DNA of 62,924 bases, filler included, from Octopus bimaculoides (taxonomy: Eukaryota): the NCBI RefSeq assembly GCF_001194135.2. It is 9 parts of 9 records of this genome, joined end to end, with 100 filler letters (N's around TTAATTAATTAA, not from the genome) between each part and the next. Parts side by side here need not be neighbours in the genome. Positions count along the whole stretch, not along the records: positions 1 to 6,705 come from NC_068992.1; positions 6,806 to 16,510 come from NC_068996.1; 7 more parts are not named here. The stretch is one strand, 5' to 3'. The translations under genes and the position numbers were made by a program. This document shows positions 1-13,500 of this stretch, one piece after another. Positions within the stretch are counted from its first letter, which is position 1, and each line of letters opens with the position of its first letter. The notes beneath the pieces were generated by a model. The model made no database searches and was not told where the DNA came from. It was given only the letters and a program-made list of their open reading frames with translations.

Positions 1-7
1 ATATATG

Positions 8-43
<36 letters not shown>

Positions 44-137
44 TATATTTACATATATGTATGTATATATGAATATACACGCATGTATATAAATATCTAT
101 ATACATACATACATACATACATACATACATACATACA

Positions 138-169
<32 letters not shown>

Positions 170-599
170 CGTACTCGCTCATGATTTTCAGGCTAAATTT
201 TGCAATTTGTGCAAAACAAAAGAAGACGCAATATATCATCCAAAATTAGAAGTATTTTTAAAAATCAGGTGATGGTGTCTAGATTATGGTTGGGAGATAA
301 CAGTTTACCCAAAGTAGCCACCGCGTCCTCAAGAAGACTCTTAATTAATCTGAATTTCGTCTGACGAGATAATTTGCGCTTTTAAGCATTCATTGTCTAT
401 GGTTTCTCGAGACATTCACCGCAGTCTAAGGCATTCTGCACAACACATCCATTCAGGTTCGATGTGCTAATTAAAATTCGCAACAAAGGTTGATTATTAG
501 ACTAATAGCTAATACATACATACATACATACATACATACATACATACATAAATATATACATACACCCGGCAACCCTCAGAAATCTACAGTTACTTTAAA

Positions 600-790
600 C
601 AGATTACAAGTTCAGGTTTTTACCTGTTGTTTTAGAGGCCCTAGGATATGTAACACACTGCCTAAATACCAATCTTGAGGAATTAGGCTTCTCAAAATCA
701 GAAAGGAGAAATCTAATTTGAAGACTGCAGATCCAATCCATCACTGGAACTGTAAGAATCTGTAAAACTTTCCAGAAGTTTATCATTTAG
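600..790 (+). mobile_element. RLE-type non-LTR retrotransposon C-terminal fragment (R2/R4/NeSL group)
   Basis: Translates YKFRFLPVVLEALGYVTHCLNTNLEELGFS...LI*RLQIQSITGTVRICKTFQKF, matching the PVV.GALG...LQ...GT..I pattern; contains a stop. Confidence 0.6.
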
Positions 791-1059
791 ATATAAATGA
801 GCACGTCTAGATATGCAACTGTATGCATGAGAATATATACACATAGCAAAACATACAAATCTGCACATATGCGTACATACATACAAAAATAACCTGTTGT
901 TGATGTTGAAATTCCAATGAAGGAGCCTTGGATCTAGGTTAGAAACCGGCTCTTTCTTTATTGACAAGAAATCTTGAAATAAAATTGAACAATGACATAC
1001 ATGCATACATACATACATACATACATACATACATACAAAATACAAACATATACATGTCT

Positions 1060-1105
<46 letters not shown>

Positions 1106-1129
1106 AATAATAATAATAATAATATCGTG

Positions 1130-1492
1130 AAATATTAATGTCATCAACATATCATCATGAAAGAAAGATAAAGGTTGCTAAATATGGAGATCTGAGATTT
1201 AAAATCGCTAAGATGTGGCAGCTGTGAGAGTCAAACATAAAGGTTATCCCTATTGTCATCGGAGCATTGGATTCAATACTACCCAATCTGAAATAACATC
1301 CGAAAACCTTAGAGGTAACCTGCAATCTCGATGTATTGCAAAAGTCGGCATTACTTGGAACTGCTCGCATTTTGCGTAACGCACTTTCTGTCTGAGGTCT
1401 TTGTTGTGACTTGACAAACAGTACAAACCCCCGATGGACACAATATCTTCAATCAATAACCGCACGATATTGTACTCTATGCGACGTCTATG
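1130..1492 (+). mobile_element. R4/Dong-like LINE 3' fragment followed by (AAT)n tail
   Basis: KYGDLRFKIAKMWQL*..KVIPIVIGALDSI...LQKSALLGTARILRNALSV*, then a short 3' UTR and (AAT)n at 1492-1585. Confidence 0.75.

Positions 1493-1585
<93 letters not shown>
1492..1585. repeat. (AAT)n microsatellite (similar arrays at 25517-25585, 27306-27350, 31620-31720)
   Basis: Direct reading of the sequence. Confidence 0.95.
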
Positions 1586-1587
<2 letters not shown>

Positions 1588-1919
1588 GTGGCCAGTAGGT
1601 TTAAACCGATATAGGTAAAAATATGCAAGTAAATTAAGTAGGGTATAAGAATACCACTTAATTACCTAGAGAAAAACCTTTAAAAAAAACACGTACTGGG
1701 TCGATTTCTTCCACGGAAATCTCCAATGTGATGCCCCAGCATAGCCGCAGCCCAATGACTGCAATAAGTAAAAGATAAAAGATGAATGTGCCTACGTGTG
1801 TATGTTTGTGTGTATGTATGTATGTATGCATGTATGTATGTATGTATATATGAGTATGTATGCATGTATATGTCTGTATATGTGTGTGTATGCATGTATG
1901 TGTATGTATATTTGTATTT

Positions 1920-2098
1920 ATAAGGGCCAGCCTTGTCACACAGTGTCACACTGAATATCCCTGAGAACTACGTTAAGGGTACACGTGTCTGTGGAGTGCT
2001 CAGCCACTTGCACGTTAATTTCACGAGCAGGCTGTTCCGTTGATCGGATCAACTGCAACCCTCGATGTCATAAGCAATGGAGTGCCAACAACAACATT
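1920..2098 (+). mobile_element. SINE family C, 3' half
   Basis: Near-identical to the reverse complement of 46877-47060 (…tgtggagtgctcagccacttgcacgttaatttcacgagcaggctgttccg…gtgccaacaac). Confidence 0.8.
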
Positions 2099-3920
2099 TG
2101 TATTTATGTATGTATATATATATGTGTGTGTGTGTATGTATGTAAATTATGTATGTACGTGTGTGTATGCATGCATGCATGTATGTACATATGTATGTAT
2201 GTATAAACATTAGGAGCTACTGAGGAAAATTTCAGAAACGAAGTAAAAGAAACAGTAATTACCGAGACATTCACACGTGAAATGTATTTCAATATAACAC
2301 AAGTAAAATAAATATATTGAAATTTATGCAGATTAGATGCGTTTAGCAAGTCTTTTATAAAGACACCAACACTGATTGTAAAAGATCAGGTGTTTAGATT
2401 AAAAGAAATAACGGTCATAAAACAGTGAAGTAAATTACCCTAATCTTTCTATGTCTGTTCACCGATATACACAACAAACGGTAATGACTGCCATACGTGT
2501 AGCCATTTACATTGTAAAAAAAAAACCTAGAACAGATGAGACTTACATTCAGACACATACCAAATAGAAACACACGTAGACACACACGTACACACACATG
2601 TGCACACACATGCACCCACACACATATATACATGCGTATTTATATCTATATATATATGTATATATATGTATATATATCAACTGCATGTGTATGCATATAT
2701 ATATGCATGCATATACATAAGTATATAAATGTGAATATATGATATGTATAGGCGGGTGTGTATACGTATATGTATTATATAAAGTGTATTGTATACGCAT
2801 ATATAATCATATATATATATATATATACTAAATATATATATATATACATGTTTATGTTCGAGGACGCCATATAAACATTCAACGATTTATGCACACAGAA
2901 AAGTACATACGCACACACACACTCACACACATACACACTCACACACACACAAGCACACACATACAATATATATATATATATATACTAAATATATATATAT
3001 ATACATGTTTATGTTCGAGGACGCCATATAAACATTCAACGATTTATGCACACAGAAAAGTACATACGCACACACACACTCACACACATACACACNNNNN
3101 NNNNNNNNNNNNNNNNNNNNNNNNNNNNNNNNNNNNNNNNNNNNNNNNNNNNNNNNNNNNNNNNNNNNNNNNNNNNNNNNNNNNNNNNNNNNNNNNNNNN
3201 NNNNNNNNNNNNNNNNNNNNNNNNNNNNNNNNNNNNNNNNNNNNNNNNNNNNNNNNNNTATATATATATATGTAAATATATATGTATATATATATATATA
3301 CATACTTAGATATACGTATATATCCATATATACATATATGCACATATATATATACATATATATTTACATATATATATATATACACACACTCTCACACATA
3401 GATATATACACAAGCATGCTTATATCAGTATGATGTATATGTATGTATCCCTGTGTATGCGCGCACGCCTCTATATTTTTGTGGACGTGTGTGTTTTTGC
3501 AATATGCGTAGGTTTTTCTTGGTTAGATGTAAACTTATATGGCAGGGGAGGAGTGATAGACAGGAATATAAATGGTCTCATCAAAACACAGACTCAATGA
3601 ATTTGAATAATACGTTTCTCTCCACATGTCATTGTGATATCAAGTGGTCTGTACTTACATTAAATTGTTGTATATAATAGTTAATTAGATGTGTGTATTT
3701 CTATGTGTGTGTAAGTATACGTACGTGTATTTCAATATATGTGGGGGGGGTGGTGCTTTTGGCTGTATGTGCACCTTGGCATACGGTTAAGAGAATTTAC
3801 ATTTTCTATCATAATATAGATCTTTAAAGAAATTTGAAAGTAATTAGAACGTGAGAGACCACTTGTATATACAAGCACGTTTATATATGCATATTATACA
3901 CATATACCAGAATATACGCA

Positions 3921-4078
3921 TAGGCTCAGTTGCGGCTGTGTGGTTCCCAAACACATGGTTTCTGATTCGGTCCCACTTACTGGCGCCTTGGTCAAGTGTC
4001 TTCAACTATAACCTCGGGCCGACCAAACCCTTGTCAGTGCATTTGGTAGACGGAGACTGAAAGAAGCTCGTCTTATAT
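3921..4078 (+). mobile_element. SINE family A, 5' half running into a gap
   Basis: Matches the 62345 copy (cttgg.caagtgtcttc...ctcgggccgaccaaa.ccttgt...gacgga.actgaaagaag). Confidence 0.75.
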
Positions 4079-4719
4079 ANNNNNNNNNNNNNNNNNNNNN
4101 NNNNNNNNNNNNNNNNNNNNNNNNNNNNNNNNNNNNNNNNNNNNNNNNNNNNNNNNNNNNNNNNNNNNNNNNNNNNNNNNNNNNNNNNNNNNNNNNNNNN
4201 NNNNNNNNNNNNNNNNNNNNNNNNNNNNNNNNNNNNNNNNNNNNNNNNNNNNNNNNNNNNNNNNNNNNNNNNNNNNNNNNNNNNNNNNNNNNNNNNNNNN
4301 NNNNNNNNNNNNNNNNNNNNNNNNNNNNNNNNNNNNNNNNNNNNNNNNNNNNNNNNNNNNNNNNNNNNNNNNNNNNNNNNNNNNNNNNNNNNNNNNNNNN
4401 NNNNNNNNNNNNNNNNNNNNNNNNNNNNNNNNNNNNNNNNNNNNNNNNNNNNNNNNNNNNNNNNNNNNNNNNNNNNNNNNNNNNNNNNNNNNNNNNNNNN
4501 NNNNNNNNNNNNNNNNNNNNNNNNNNNNNNNNNNNNNNNNNNNNNNNNNNNNNNNNNNNNNNNNNNNNNNNNNNNNNNNNNNNNNNNNNNNNNNNNNNNN
4601 NNNNNNNNNNNNNNNNNNNNNNNNNNNNNNNNNNNNNNNNNNNNNNNNNNNNNNNNNNNNNNNNNNNNNNNNNNNNNNNNNNNNNNNNNNNNNNNNNNNN
4701 NNNNNNNNNNNNNNNNNNN

Positions 4720-4776
<57 letters not shown>

Positions 4777-6047
4777 GGCTTTACATGTATGTATGCATCT
4801 ATGTATGTCTGTATGCAGGTGTGTATTTATGTATGGATTCACGTACCTATGTATGTGGTATATATGTATGCATGTATCTATGTATGTATATATGTATGTA
4901 TGTAGGTAGGTAGGTAGATAGGTAGGAAAGTAGGTAGGTAGGTAGGTAGGTAGGTAGGTAGGTAGGTAGGTAGGTAGGTAGGTAGGTAATTATATCTCAT
5001 TTCTGTATTGCATTTGATGATTGCATCATGGCGGGAGTTGAAGTTTTAACTCTAGAGCCACTTTTAATGTTCTGCTGTCTATCAGGTAGAATTATAATGT
5101 ATTGCGACATTTGTTATGAGTCTTGAAAGTCTACGTTTTATACGAATATAGCACAGAAAAATGTTTTATTCTCGATCCGCATGATGTTAATGATGCATTC
5201 AGTTTTGCAAATAACGTCTTTATTGGTAAATAATGACCATCAGATATAATTCAGATTGTTTGTGTGAAAGACAGCTGAAGTTATCTCACATTTTAGACCG
5301 TACTAGAAAATATCTGCTTCAGGCTTACTGGAAGATGTCACTGACATGAATTATATCTGCACGAATACGTTTTACGGATATCAGACCTGGGTTTAGCAGA
5401 GGAGGAAACAGAAAGTGAGAGAGAGAGAGAGGGGGAGAGAGAGAGAGAGTGGAGGGAGAGAGAGAGAGTGGGGGGAGAGAGAGAGAGAGAGTGAAAGAAA
5501 TCAGCTGCAGTTCTCAATTGATTCTCTCTGGAGACATATATGCACGCTTGCTTACATACATGCATACATGCATATATATGTATATATACACATACATATA
5601 CATATATACCTATATACATATATATGCATATGTACATATATATATGTATATACATATATATACACGTATATATATGCATAGGCATATGTATATACATATA
5701 TATACATATATACATATGTATATATATACATANNNNNNNNNNAAATCAGCTGCAGTTCTCAATTGATTCTCTCTGGAGACATATATGCACGCTTGCTTAC
5801 ATACATGCATACATGCATATATATGTATATATACACATACATATACATATATACCTATATACATATATATGCATATGTACATATATATATGTATATACAT
5901 ATATATACACGTATATATATGCATAGGCATATGTATATACATATATATACATATATACATATGTATATATATACATACATATGTATATTTATATATATAT
6001 GTATATATATATATATTTATATATATATAGATATATGTATATATATA

Positions 6048-6078
<31 letters not shown>

Positions 6079-6638
6079 ATCCACACACGTACATTTATAT
6101 AACTATATACATATAATATATACTTGCGTGTGAGTGTGTGTGTGTTTGTATGGAGGTGGGTGATTGTGTGTGTGTGTGTGTGTGTTATGCGTGAGTAAAC
6201 GTGTTTTGTAAGGCACGGATCTGTGAAAGAAATGTCACAAAAGAATGTAACAACTGGAAAATGCAAAGACGATTTTTTTCTTATCACATGCTTGGAATAG
6301 CATTATATAAATTGTTATCATCGCATACAAGTTTTAGGGAGTTAATTATTTGTTTAATTATTTTAATTAGTATAATTGGTATGTAAATAAATATGACCGC
6401 TTTTATGTGACATTATCCCAATCAAAAACTATGGCGTTTTGTCTTCTTTTACCTGTGACTTATTCACGTTCATCATAGACGCATAGATGACGATAGAGTT
6501 GAAAAATCATCTCCTCGTTTCGATCTCACGGCGCGGTACCTCGAAGCAATCGTTCTCTACTAAAAGCATTGATTGGAACAATATGTTTCGATTATAATTA
6601 GGCAGATGGTAATCCGTGTAATCTGTACGGAAGTGCAA

Positions 6639-6705
<67 letters not shown>

Positions 6706-6749
6706 NNNNNNNNNNNNNNNNNNNNNNNNNNNNNNNNNNNNNNNNNNNN

Positions 6750-6761
6750 TTAATTAATTAA
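6750..6761. other. Artificial scaffold linker TTAATTAATTAA (also 16555, 28762, 32050, 35524, 37047, 44747, 61806)
   Basis: Identical palindromic six-frame-stop 12-mer, each flanked by 44 N on both sides (100 bp total), eight times. Confidence 0.95.
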
Positions 6762-7461
6762 NNNNNNNNNNNNNNNNNNNNNNNNNNNNNNNNNNNNNNN
6801 NNNNNTCCTTTTAGCAGCAGAAAAGAGCAGATGGCTAAAATGATAGACTAGTGATCACAGTTCCCTTACCTTAGGAAACAAGAATTTGTAAGAGGAATAT
6901 TTTTTAGGAGTGGGTGGGGTGGGGGTGGGGGCAATTTTGGAACAATGCATAAAGTAGGCTATGCTGTGTGAACATTGAGAAAAGAATTTCGCCACACCTG
7001 ACAGTTTTAGACATTGCATGGGGATAAGAGGGTTAAAAAAAAAAAACCCAGCTTAGAAAGGGAACTCCAGAGTGGACATATTGTAGCTTTCATTTCCTGT
7101 TAAGGTAATGGAGTTGGACACCAACGTGTAACAGAAGTGAGTGTTCAATTTATAAAGAGATGCCTACATAAGGGACTTGAAGTAGCATAGTTCCAACAGA
7201 AGTATGATTTGACTGCTCCTAGGACTAGAATATAAAAAGATACTAATCACACAGAACTTGAATACATCCACACAAGAGTGAGGGGGGGTCAAGGAGAAAT
7301 AAAGACACTTAAGTGCATGTGAATATATGTTAGGCTACCAATAGACAAGAAATAAATTTTGTATATTTATCATTATCAATTAATGACATTTTAACACAAA
7401 CATCAAAAATATTTAATAAGAGTTTGCTTATAGATGGGTAAAATATTGAGGAAATAAGTAC

Positions 7462-7565
7462 CATTTGCTGACAATCTCTGCTAAGATGACCAACAAGGGA
7501 ACAGTTACCGCACTTGAAGGTCTTTGTCAAAATAGGTTCTTCAGCATTCTTTTTATCTTCTTTCA
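7462..7565 (-). CDS. ZCCHC7: ZCCHC7/Air1-like gene, first CCHC zinc-knuckle exon (KEDKKNAEEPILTKTFKCGNCSLVGHLSRDCQQM)
   Basis: CX2CX4HX4C knuckle; tgattag| acceptor in phase 1 and |gtactt donor in phase 0. Later exons are not seen before the scaffold ends at 6806. Confidence 0.72.
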
Positions 7566-8635
7566 CTAATCAGTTAAAAGACAATGTTTCAATATAATAA
7601 ACACAAATATAGTTTGGGAATGATGATTTTTTTTTTACTGTACAAAAGCTTCCTGTCACAACAGAGTTCAAATACTAATTTACGGAAGATGTAACATTTT
7701 GTACCCAAATCAGAAAGCCTGGAAGTCTTAAAATTCAACCCAAGTTTAGCCCAGAAGATAAAATTTCCAAAAGCCTTGTAAAAATGATTAAGTATTAACT
7801 ACAAATTTAATGTTATATACATTCTCTACAGCAAGTTTATGAACAAGAAACATGAATTGATGCTTGCTATGGGATTTAGTCGAGAACAATTTCTCAGAGA
7901 TGCTTTTGTGTTAAAAACACAAATGCTGCAAATGATGTCAGCAGACTATTGGACACCACAGCTTTGGCATAATTTCACCTCTTCAGCCTTTTAGAGTTAG
8001 CAAGGCAAGGAATTTCTATCACTTGATTCCTACAAAGCAAGGCAAGGAATTTCTATCAGTTGATACCAACAAAGGAACAAAAGTCTCTAGGTAGGGACAA
8101 AATAACTGAGGTAGTATTTGACATTGAGCAGGTGAAACACCCCAGATGTCATTTCGAGCAGGTTTTTAACAAAAAATTCCCGAGAAGTTATTCTCTGAGT
8201 CTGAATCCTGCTGCAAGTCTCATTCCATGTTTGTTTCATATATGCTACAGATAATGTACACACAGTTTTGATCTCTGCTGTTTCAAGTGCATAAACCGAT
8301 TTAACTACAAATGTAATTTAAGATATTTTAAAGGAAGGTTTTAACTTGGATCACTTTAAAACAGAAAAGGTATTAACTCAGAACAAAGGGTGGTCTCACG
8401 TAGGTTAAAATCAAATGGACTAAATATGAACACTCTTAAAATGACTGCTTTGTATCGTAGTCACAGACTGGTCGGTATCAAAAGGGTTAAAGAAGGGAGT
8501 AAACTAATATTTAAAGTAAACTTAAAAAAAAAAAAAATGCATAACTAGTATTTTAAATCATAAAATAAAGAAGGTTGCATTTTCCAGGAGGAACTTTCTC
8601 AAACATTTTAGAATGGGCAAAGGATTTTAATACAA

Positions 8636-9059
8636 TTGCATGGCAGAATTAACAGTCAAGACTATTTAAGCATTTTATCTGATCAAATTCATCCTATTTT
8701 TGCAGAACTGTTTCCAGAGGGAAATGCAATCTTTCAGGATGATAATGCACCAATTCACACCGCTAAAGTTGTTACTGAATGGCCACCACAGTCCCCAGAT
8801 CTCTATATTATTGAGCATTTATGGTGCATTTTAGGAAAACAAGTAAGGAGCCGATATCCTCCACCATCATCACTACAAGAACTGGAGACTGTTTTAGCTG
8901 AAGAAAGGACAAAAATTCTTTTGGAAACAATTCAAGTTTTGTATGAGTCCATACCTCGTAGAATTCAAGCTGTAATTACTGCCAAAAGCAGTCCTACCCC
9001 ATATTAAAATAAATTTGTTTGAAATTTTAAGGTGTTTCCATTATTTTATCCAACCCCTG
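8636..9059 (+). mobile_element. Tc1-type DDE transposase 3' fragment with right TIR, inside a ZCCHC7 intron
   Basis: FQDDNAPIH...PPQSPDL.IIEHLW...SIPRRIQAVI.AK..PTPY*. TIR-like ggtgtttccattattttatccaacccctg followed by TA at 9060-9061. Confidence 0.88.
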
Positions 9060-10063
9060 TATAGTGATTTCCCCTCATATCACTATGTTTATACATTCCA
9101 TCTATCCATTGTTATCCAGTGTATTATAAGCCATGAAGGCCCATCGATGATGACTTGCATTTGCAAGAACATGGTTAACAGATTATGAGGTGCCACTTTG
9201 TTCAGAAGTAATTTGTTATTTGAGTGGACATGAAATGAAGGACAATGTGCCAACGAATTTGAGAATTGAACCCACAATCTTACAATCACGAGGTTAAAAA
9301 CAGTTTGTTTTTTTTAATGATATTACCATTGATTCCACAAATTCAAATATACATGTACCAATTCCTGGAGTAATATTTCTCTTAAAACTAAGAGTACCAC
9401 CACAGAATATTTTAAAATTCTCCTGTTAAAAAAAGAAGTGATTTGTCTGGAATTTATTTGAATTATTAACCTCATCTGTCTTTAGAAAAGCCATTACCCG
9501 AGCTTAACTTTATTTGCTATATGCACCCCTAACAGCTGACCTTGATCTTGTGACAAGGGTAGTAGGGTCAGCTCGGAAACACTCTTGATTTTAATACACA
9601 TGCAGAGCAATAACAAGCACTATAAATTAATGACTATTTCATATAACTGGCTGAAATGATTTAGCCTTGAGATTATTGTCAAATGCAATGCTTATGCATT
9701 CACATTGTTTTGAATTAATCATGCATTATCTCATAGCTTTGACATTTCAATGATGTGATTGTTTAGTTTTAGAGTGACAGTGTATGGTATGTATGAAAGG
9801 CCAATTTATGATCTGGCTAGTTTAAACATAAAGCAAATAGATTTAAGAATCAAGCACATAAAGAGAGTTCAGGACCCACTAATTTTGACAATAGCTGGTT
9901 GATAAGTGATTTGATCTCAGCTTAAATATAATTTCATTTCCTAACCGATTTACATGTTCATCTATTTGTATTATTGATATAAAAAAATTCCTTTCAATAA
10001 TTTAGAAAAGAACCCTCCCTCCCAAAGACAAAAAAAACCCATTTGTTGAAATTCAATACTTAC

Positions 10064-10126
10064 CCCTCAGCCTCATTAGTGGTCTATTTACAGCAGAATT
10101 TTCTTTTTCTAAAGAACTCCAAAGTG
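10064..10126 (-). CDS. ZCCHC7: ZCCHC7/Air1-like gene, 63-bp exon (LWSSLEKENSAVNRPLMRLR)
   Basis: Strong pyrimidine-rich acceptor ttttttctgcttacctttcag| and donor |gtaagt. Open in phase 1 to phase 1, bridging the flanking exons. Confidence 0.6.
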
Positions 10127-10634
10127 CTGAAAGGTAAGCAGAAAAAATTTACAAGGAAATAAATCTAAAAATGTAATGCTGTACTAGCTGAAACCCCTAC
10201 TTTTTCCACAGAAAGAAGCTAATTTAATAGCAACAGAAGCAGCAGTAATAACAAATGGCAATCTTTATATCCAACTGAACATGGATGTTGTGTTAGAACA
10301 TAGAATACTGCATTATTTATCTTGAGAGAACTTCTCATAGGGATTTGTGGTGCATAAAAACACTCCAACTTATATCACTGATAGACAAGAATTGTCTGCT
10401 ATAGCTGTTTGAACTGCCAAATTATGTGATTTCACTGTGTTTTGCACTCCTCAGTGGCAGATGTCTGGTAGCAATGCAGTATTTGGTATTCAAACAAAGC
10501 ATGCATGTTAAGTTGGACATAAAGATTGCATAATTTAATACTGGCACTCATACACTTGGTATCCCATCTGCAATACAGTCGCTTTAGACATGGAAATTTT
10601 TTTAATACATTTAAGAATAAAAAAAAAAAATACG

Positions 10635-11220
10635 TGGTATTCGGATTTGTGTGTGGAACTTGTACAGGTACAACAAACACTACAAATGTACAAAAAATAG
10701 ACTCCATCAAATGCCATAATTGCTTGAATAAGAAGAGGCTGGGCAAAGTTCAGAGAGCTCCTACCTCTGTTGGTAAGAAAGGACCTCTCCCTCAGAGTGA
10801 AAAGCAGACTGTATAATGCCTTTGTGTAAACAACCATGCCACACGGCAGTGAAACAAGGGCTGTGACTGCAGAGGACATGTGAAGGCTTGTAAAAAATGA
10901 AGTCATTATGCTTCACTAGATATGCAGTGTTAATGTGCATGCATGACAAAGTGTAAATATCTTAAGAAAAAAAACTGGGCATAAGTGGCATTAAATGTGG
11001 TGTGGATGGTCATGTGATGTGTATGGACAAGGTCAGCTGTATAAAGAAGTGCTGAGTTCTAATTGTGGAAGGAACCTGTGGAAAAGGTAGGCCCAGAAAG
11101 ACATGGAACAAGGAGGTGAAGCATGATCTTCGAATGTTGGGCTTCATGGAGGTGATGACAAGTGACTGAGACCTTTGGCATTATGCTGTGCTTGAGAAGA
11201 CTTGTCAAGCCAAATGAAAT
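10635..11220 (+). mobile_element. RTE-clade LINE 3' fragment (degenerate)
   Basis: GWAKFRELLPLLV..LSLRVKSRLY.A.V...HGSET...GHV...EGTCGKGRPRKTW, with stops and frameshifts. Confidence 0.85.
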
Positions 11221-11224
11221 TGTA

Positions 11225-11412
11225 GTCATGGCCATTGCTGGTGTCATGTAAATGGCACGTAAAAAGTACCCATTACACTATCAGAGTGGTTGGTGTTAGG
11301 AAGGGCATCCAGCCATAGAAACCAGGCCAAATCGGACTGGAACTTTGTGGCTCATCTGTTTCAGTAAAACCGTCTAACCCATGCCAGCATGGAAGACAGA
11401 CATTAAATGATG
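11225..11412 (+). mobile_element. RTE-associated 3' tail / SINE fragment
   Basis: ggttggtgttaggaagggcatccagcc...cccatgccagcatggaagacagacattaaatgatgatg directly follows the RTE ORF end. Confidence 0.55.
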
Positions 11413-12399
11413 ATGGTTTATTTGTATGTATTGCATAATAATGATAGATGGAAACTAAACAATGTTTTAAAATAAAAGAGGTAGGAGGAAGAAGAAATAA
11501 CAGTCGAAATTCAGAAGTGCAAAATTAATGAAATCATTATTCAGGAGACATCTTATATTGTTGCAAAAAATTTTGATTATGCATTTTTGTTCAATTGTTC
11601 ACCATTCATTTCCCAGGATAGCTAATGAAGATCTTATGAAGTTAAGTCATTAACATATTTAATCCAGACAACATCAAAGATCTAATTTGAAATAATTTAT
11701 ACAGTAACAAAAAGACAGTATGTTTGGATCAAACTGTTTAGTCCTGGGACTACTCTGATCAAAAAGACAGACTTACAATCAAGGGTATTTCTACCTATGA
11801 TTATACTGTCTTTTCTGAGTACCCTGGACAACTTATCCAGGGTGTCATTTTATAAGGATACATTAGGTGTGGTGTAGTGTAGTTATAAGGACACAGTGGA
11901 ATGTGGAACATGGTTTTTGTGGGATGTAGTCATGTGACCACATAGGAGCTCCCTCATTGGTTCATGAGTAGAGCAATTTATTGCTGGGAGACAGCTTTTA
12001 ATGAGAAAGGATAAGGTAAACAAAGCAGTTACTTGCCAAGGAGTAAATAACATAACATGAATGAATGCAATGAGGTCCAGGGTTCAATCCCACTTCACTG
12101 TTGCATCTTAGGTATCACCTCAGGTCAACCCAAACCTTTATAGTGAAATTGGATGTAAAAAAATTTTTAAAAAGCTCACTGAACGGATTGTAGCAATAAT
12201 TCAAGAGGTTCATACCTGTGACAATTGGCCTAGAATCATGTTAAGAGTACACGTAGATGTATTTGGAATACTCATCCACTAACACGTTAATTCAATGAAT
12301 AGGTAGTGCTTATTTGATTGAAGAACCAAATATTCAACCAAAACTAGATGAAAGAATACATTAAACAATAGTTGCACTTTGAAGAGATATGAAACTTAC

Positions 12400-12545
12400 T
12401 TGGATCGACAGTTTCTGTTTCAAAGTCAATTTGAGAACCATAATGGACATAACTATACAGTTCGCTCTCTATTTCCTTCAATCTTTCTGCTTCTTCCTCT
12501 TCTTCATCCTTTTCATTATCATCATCATCATCAAATTCAATATAC
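12400..12545 (-). CDS. ZCCHC7: ZCCHC7/Air1-like gene, acidic exon (YIEFDDDDDNEKDEEEEEAERLKEIESELYSYVHYGSQIDFETETVDP)
   Basis: ttcag|G...CCAA|gtaagt, phase 2 to phase 1. The acidic tract followed by E.ELYS.VHY resembles the conserved N-terminal EFQLYSQIHY motif of ZCCHC7 (recalled, not searched). Confidence 0.75.
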
Positions 12546-13184
12546 CTGAAGATATAATAGAAATATAAGTTACTGCCATCATTTAACATTCACTTTTCCA
12601 TGGAGGGTTTCTCATCTACAGCAGAGTGGACAAGAACACTGAAAGGAAGTGTTTTTTGCAAGAGCACAATGCATCGCCTGGTCTGGGAATTGAAACCACA
12701 ATGTTGCAAGCATAAGTGTAACACCCTAACCAAGTCCCCCATACACACAGTATATAAGATTTATTTTTAAATCTTTACTGAGGATAATATTTAAAAAATT
12801 GTGGAATGGAAACCATTCTTAACTGTAGCCATTTAGTCAGAACCAACAATACCCATGATCTATAGAAAGTAGCTCAACCCATACTAATCAGATTAATACA
12901 ATTGATTTTGAATTTGTATAGGAAACAGAAAGTGGTAAAGTGATTTGCTTGTTTAAACAGAACAAATTTTATATCATCAAATGAAGATATATAAATTAGG
13001 AGTTTCTCACACTTATCTACTCAACACCAATAGACACTTCATCTTCACAGCATCAAATCCATTCCACTATGAACTGTATAACAGAACTAGTCTTCTTAGA
13101 TTCTATTTCACTGTTTACTTCTCAGTCTTTTGGCTGAGGTTAAAGTGAAAAATATTGAGCCAGTTGTTCAGTGAGTGAGAGAAG

Positions 13185-13500
13185 GCATATGGTTCAGTGG
13201 CTAGAGTTTCAAGCTTACAATTGTGAAGTTGTGAGTTTGATTCCTGGACTGGGGCATGTGTTGTGTTCTTGAGCAAGACACTTTATTTCACATTGCTCCA
13301 GTTCACACATCTGTAGAAATGGGTTGCAGCATCACTGGTGCCAAGCCTTCGCCTTTCCCTTGGATAACATTGGTGGTATCGAGAGGAGAGGCTGGTATGC
13401 ATAGACAACTGTTGGTCTTCTACAAACCACCTTGCCTGGACTCATGTCTCAGAGGGGAACTTTGTAGGTACAATCGCATTGTAAATCGTGGCTGGAGGGG
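13185..13500 (+). mobile_element. SINE family D (tRNA-like head), intronic
   Basis: A/B-box-like head followed by cttgagcaagacactttatttcacattgctccagttcac; homologous to 50695-50925. Confidence 0.7.

Noticed and set aside
2815-3095. Apparent 157-bp direct repeat
   Set aside because: Identical copies abutting a gap within microsatellites; most likely an assembly artefact.
5498-5980. Apparent 245-bp tandem duplication
   Set aside because: The copies look identical and flank a 10-N gap, typical of an unmerged contig overlap.
6806-7460. Further ZCCHC7 zinc-knuckle exons
   Set aside because: No CX2CX4HX4C-coding stretch found on the minus strand before the linker.
8000-8075. Short tandem duplications (about 36 bp here; also 26721-26778 and 30490-30545)
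   Set aside because: Ordinary two-copy slippage duplications with no further structure.
8160-8310. Possible extra ZCCHC7 exon within the intron
   Set aside because: An acceptor-like site exists, but there is no convincing phase-compatible donor and the peptide shows no family similarity.
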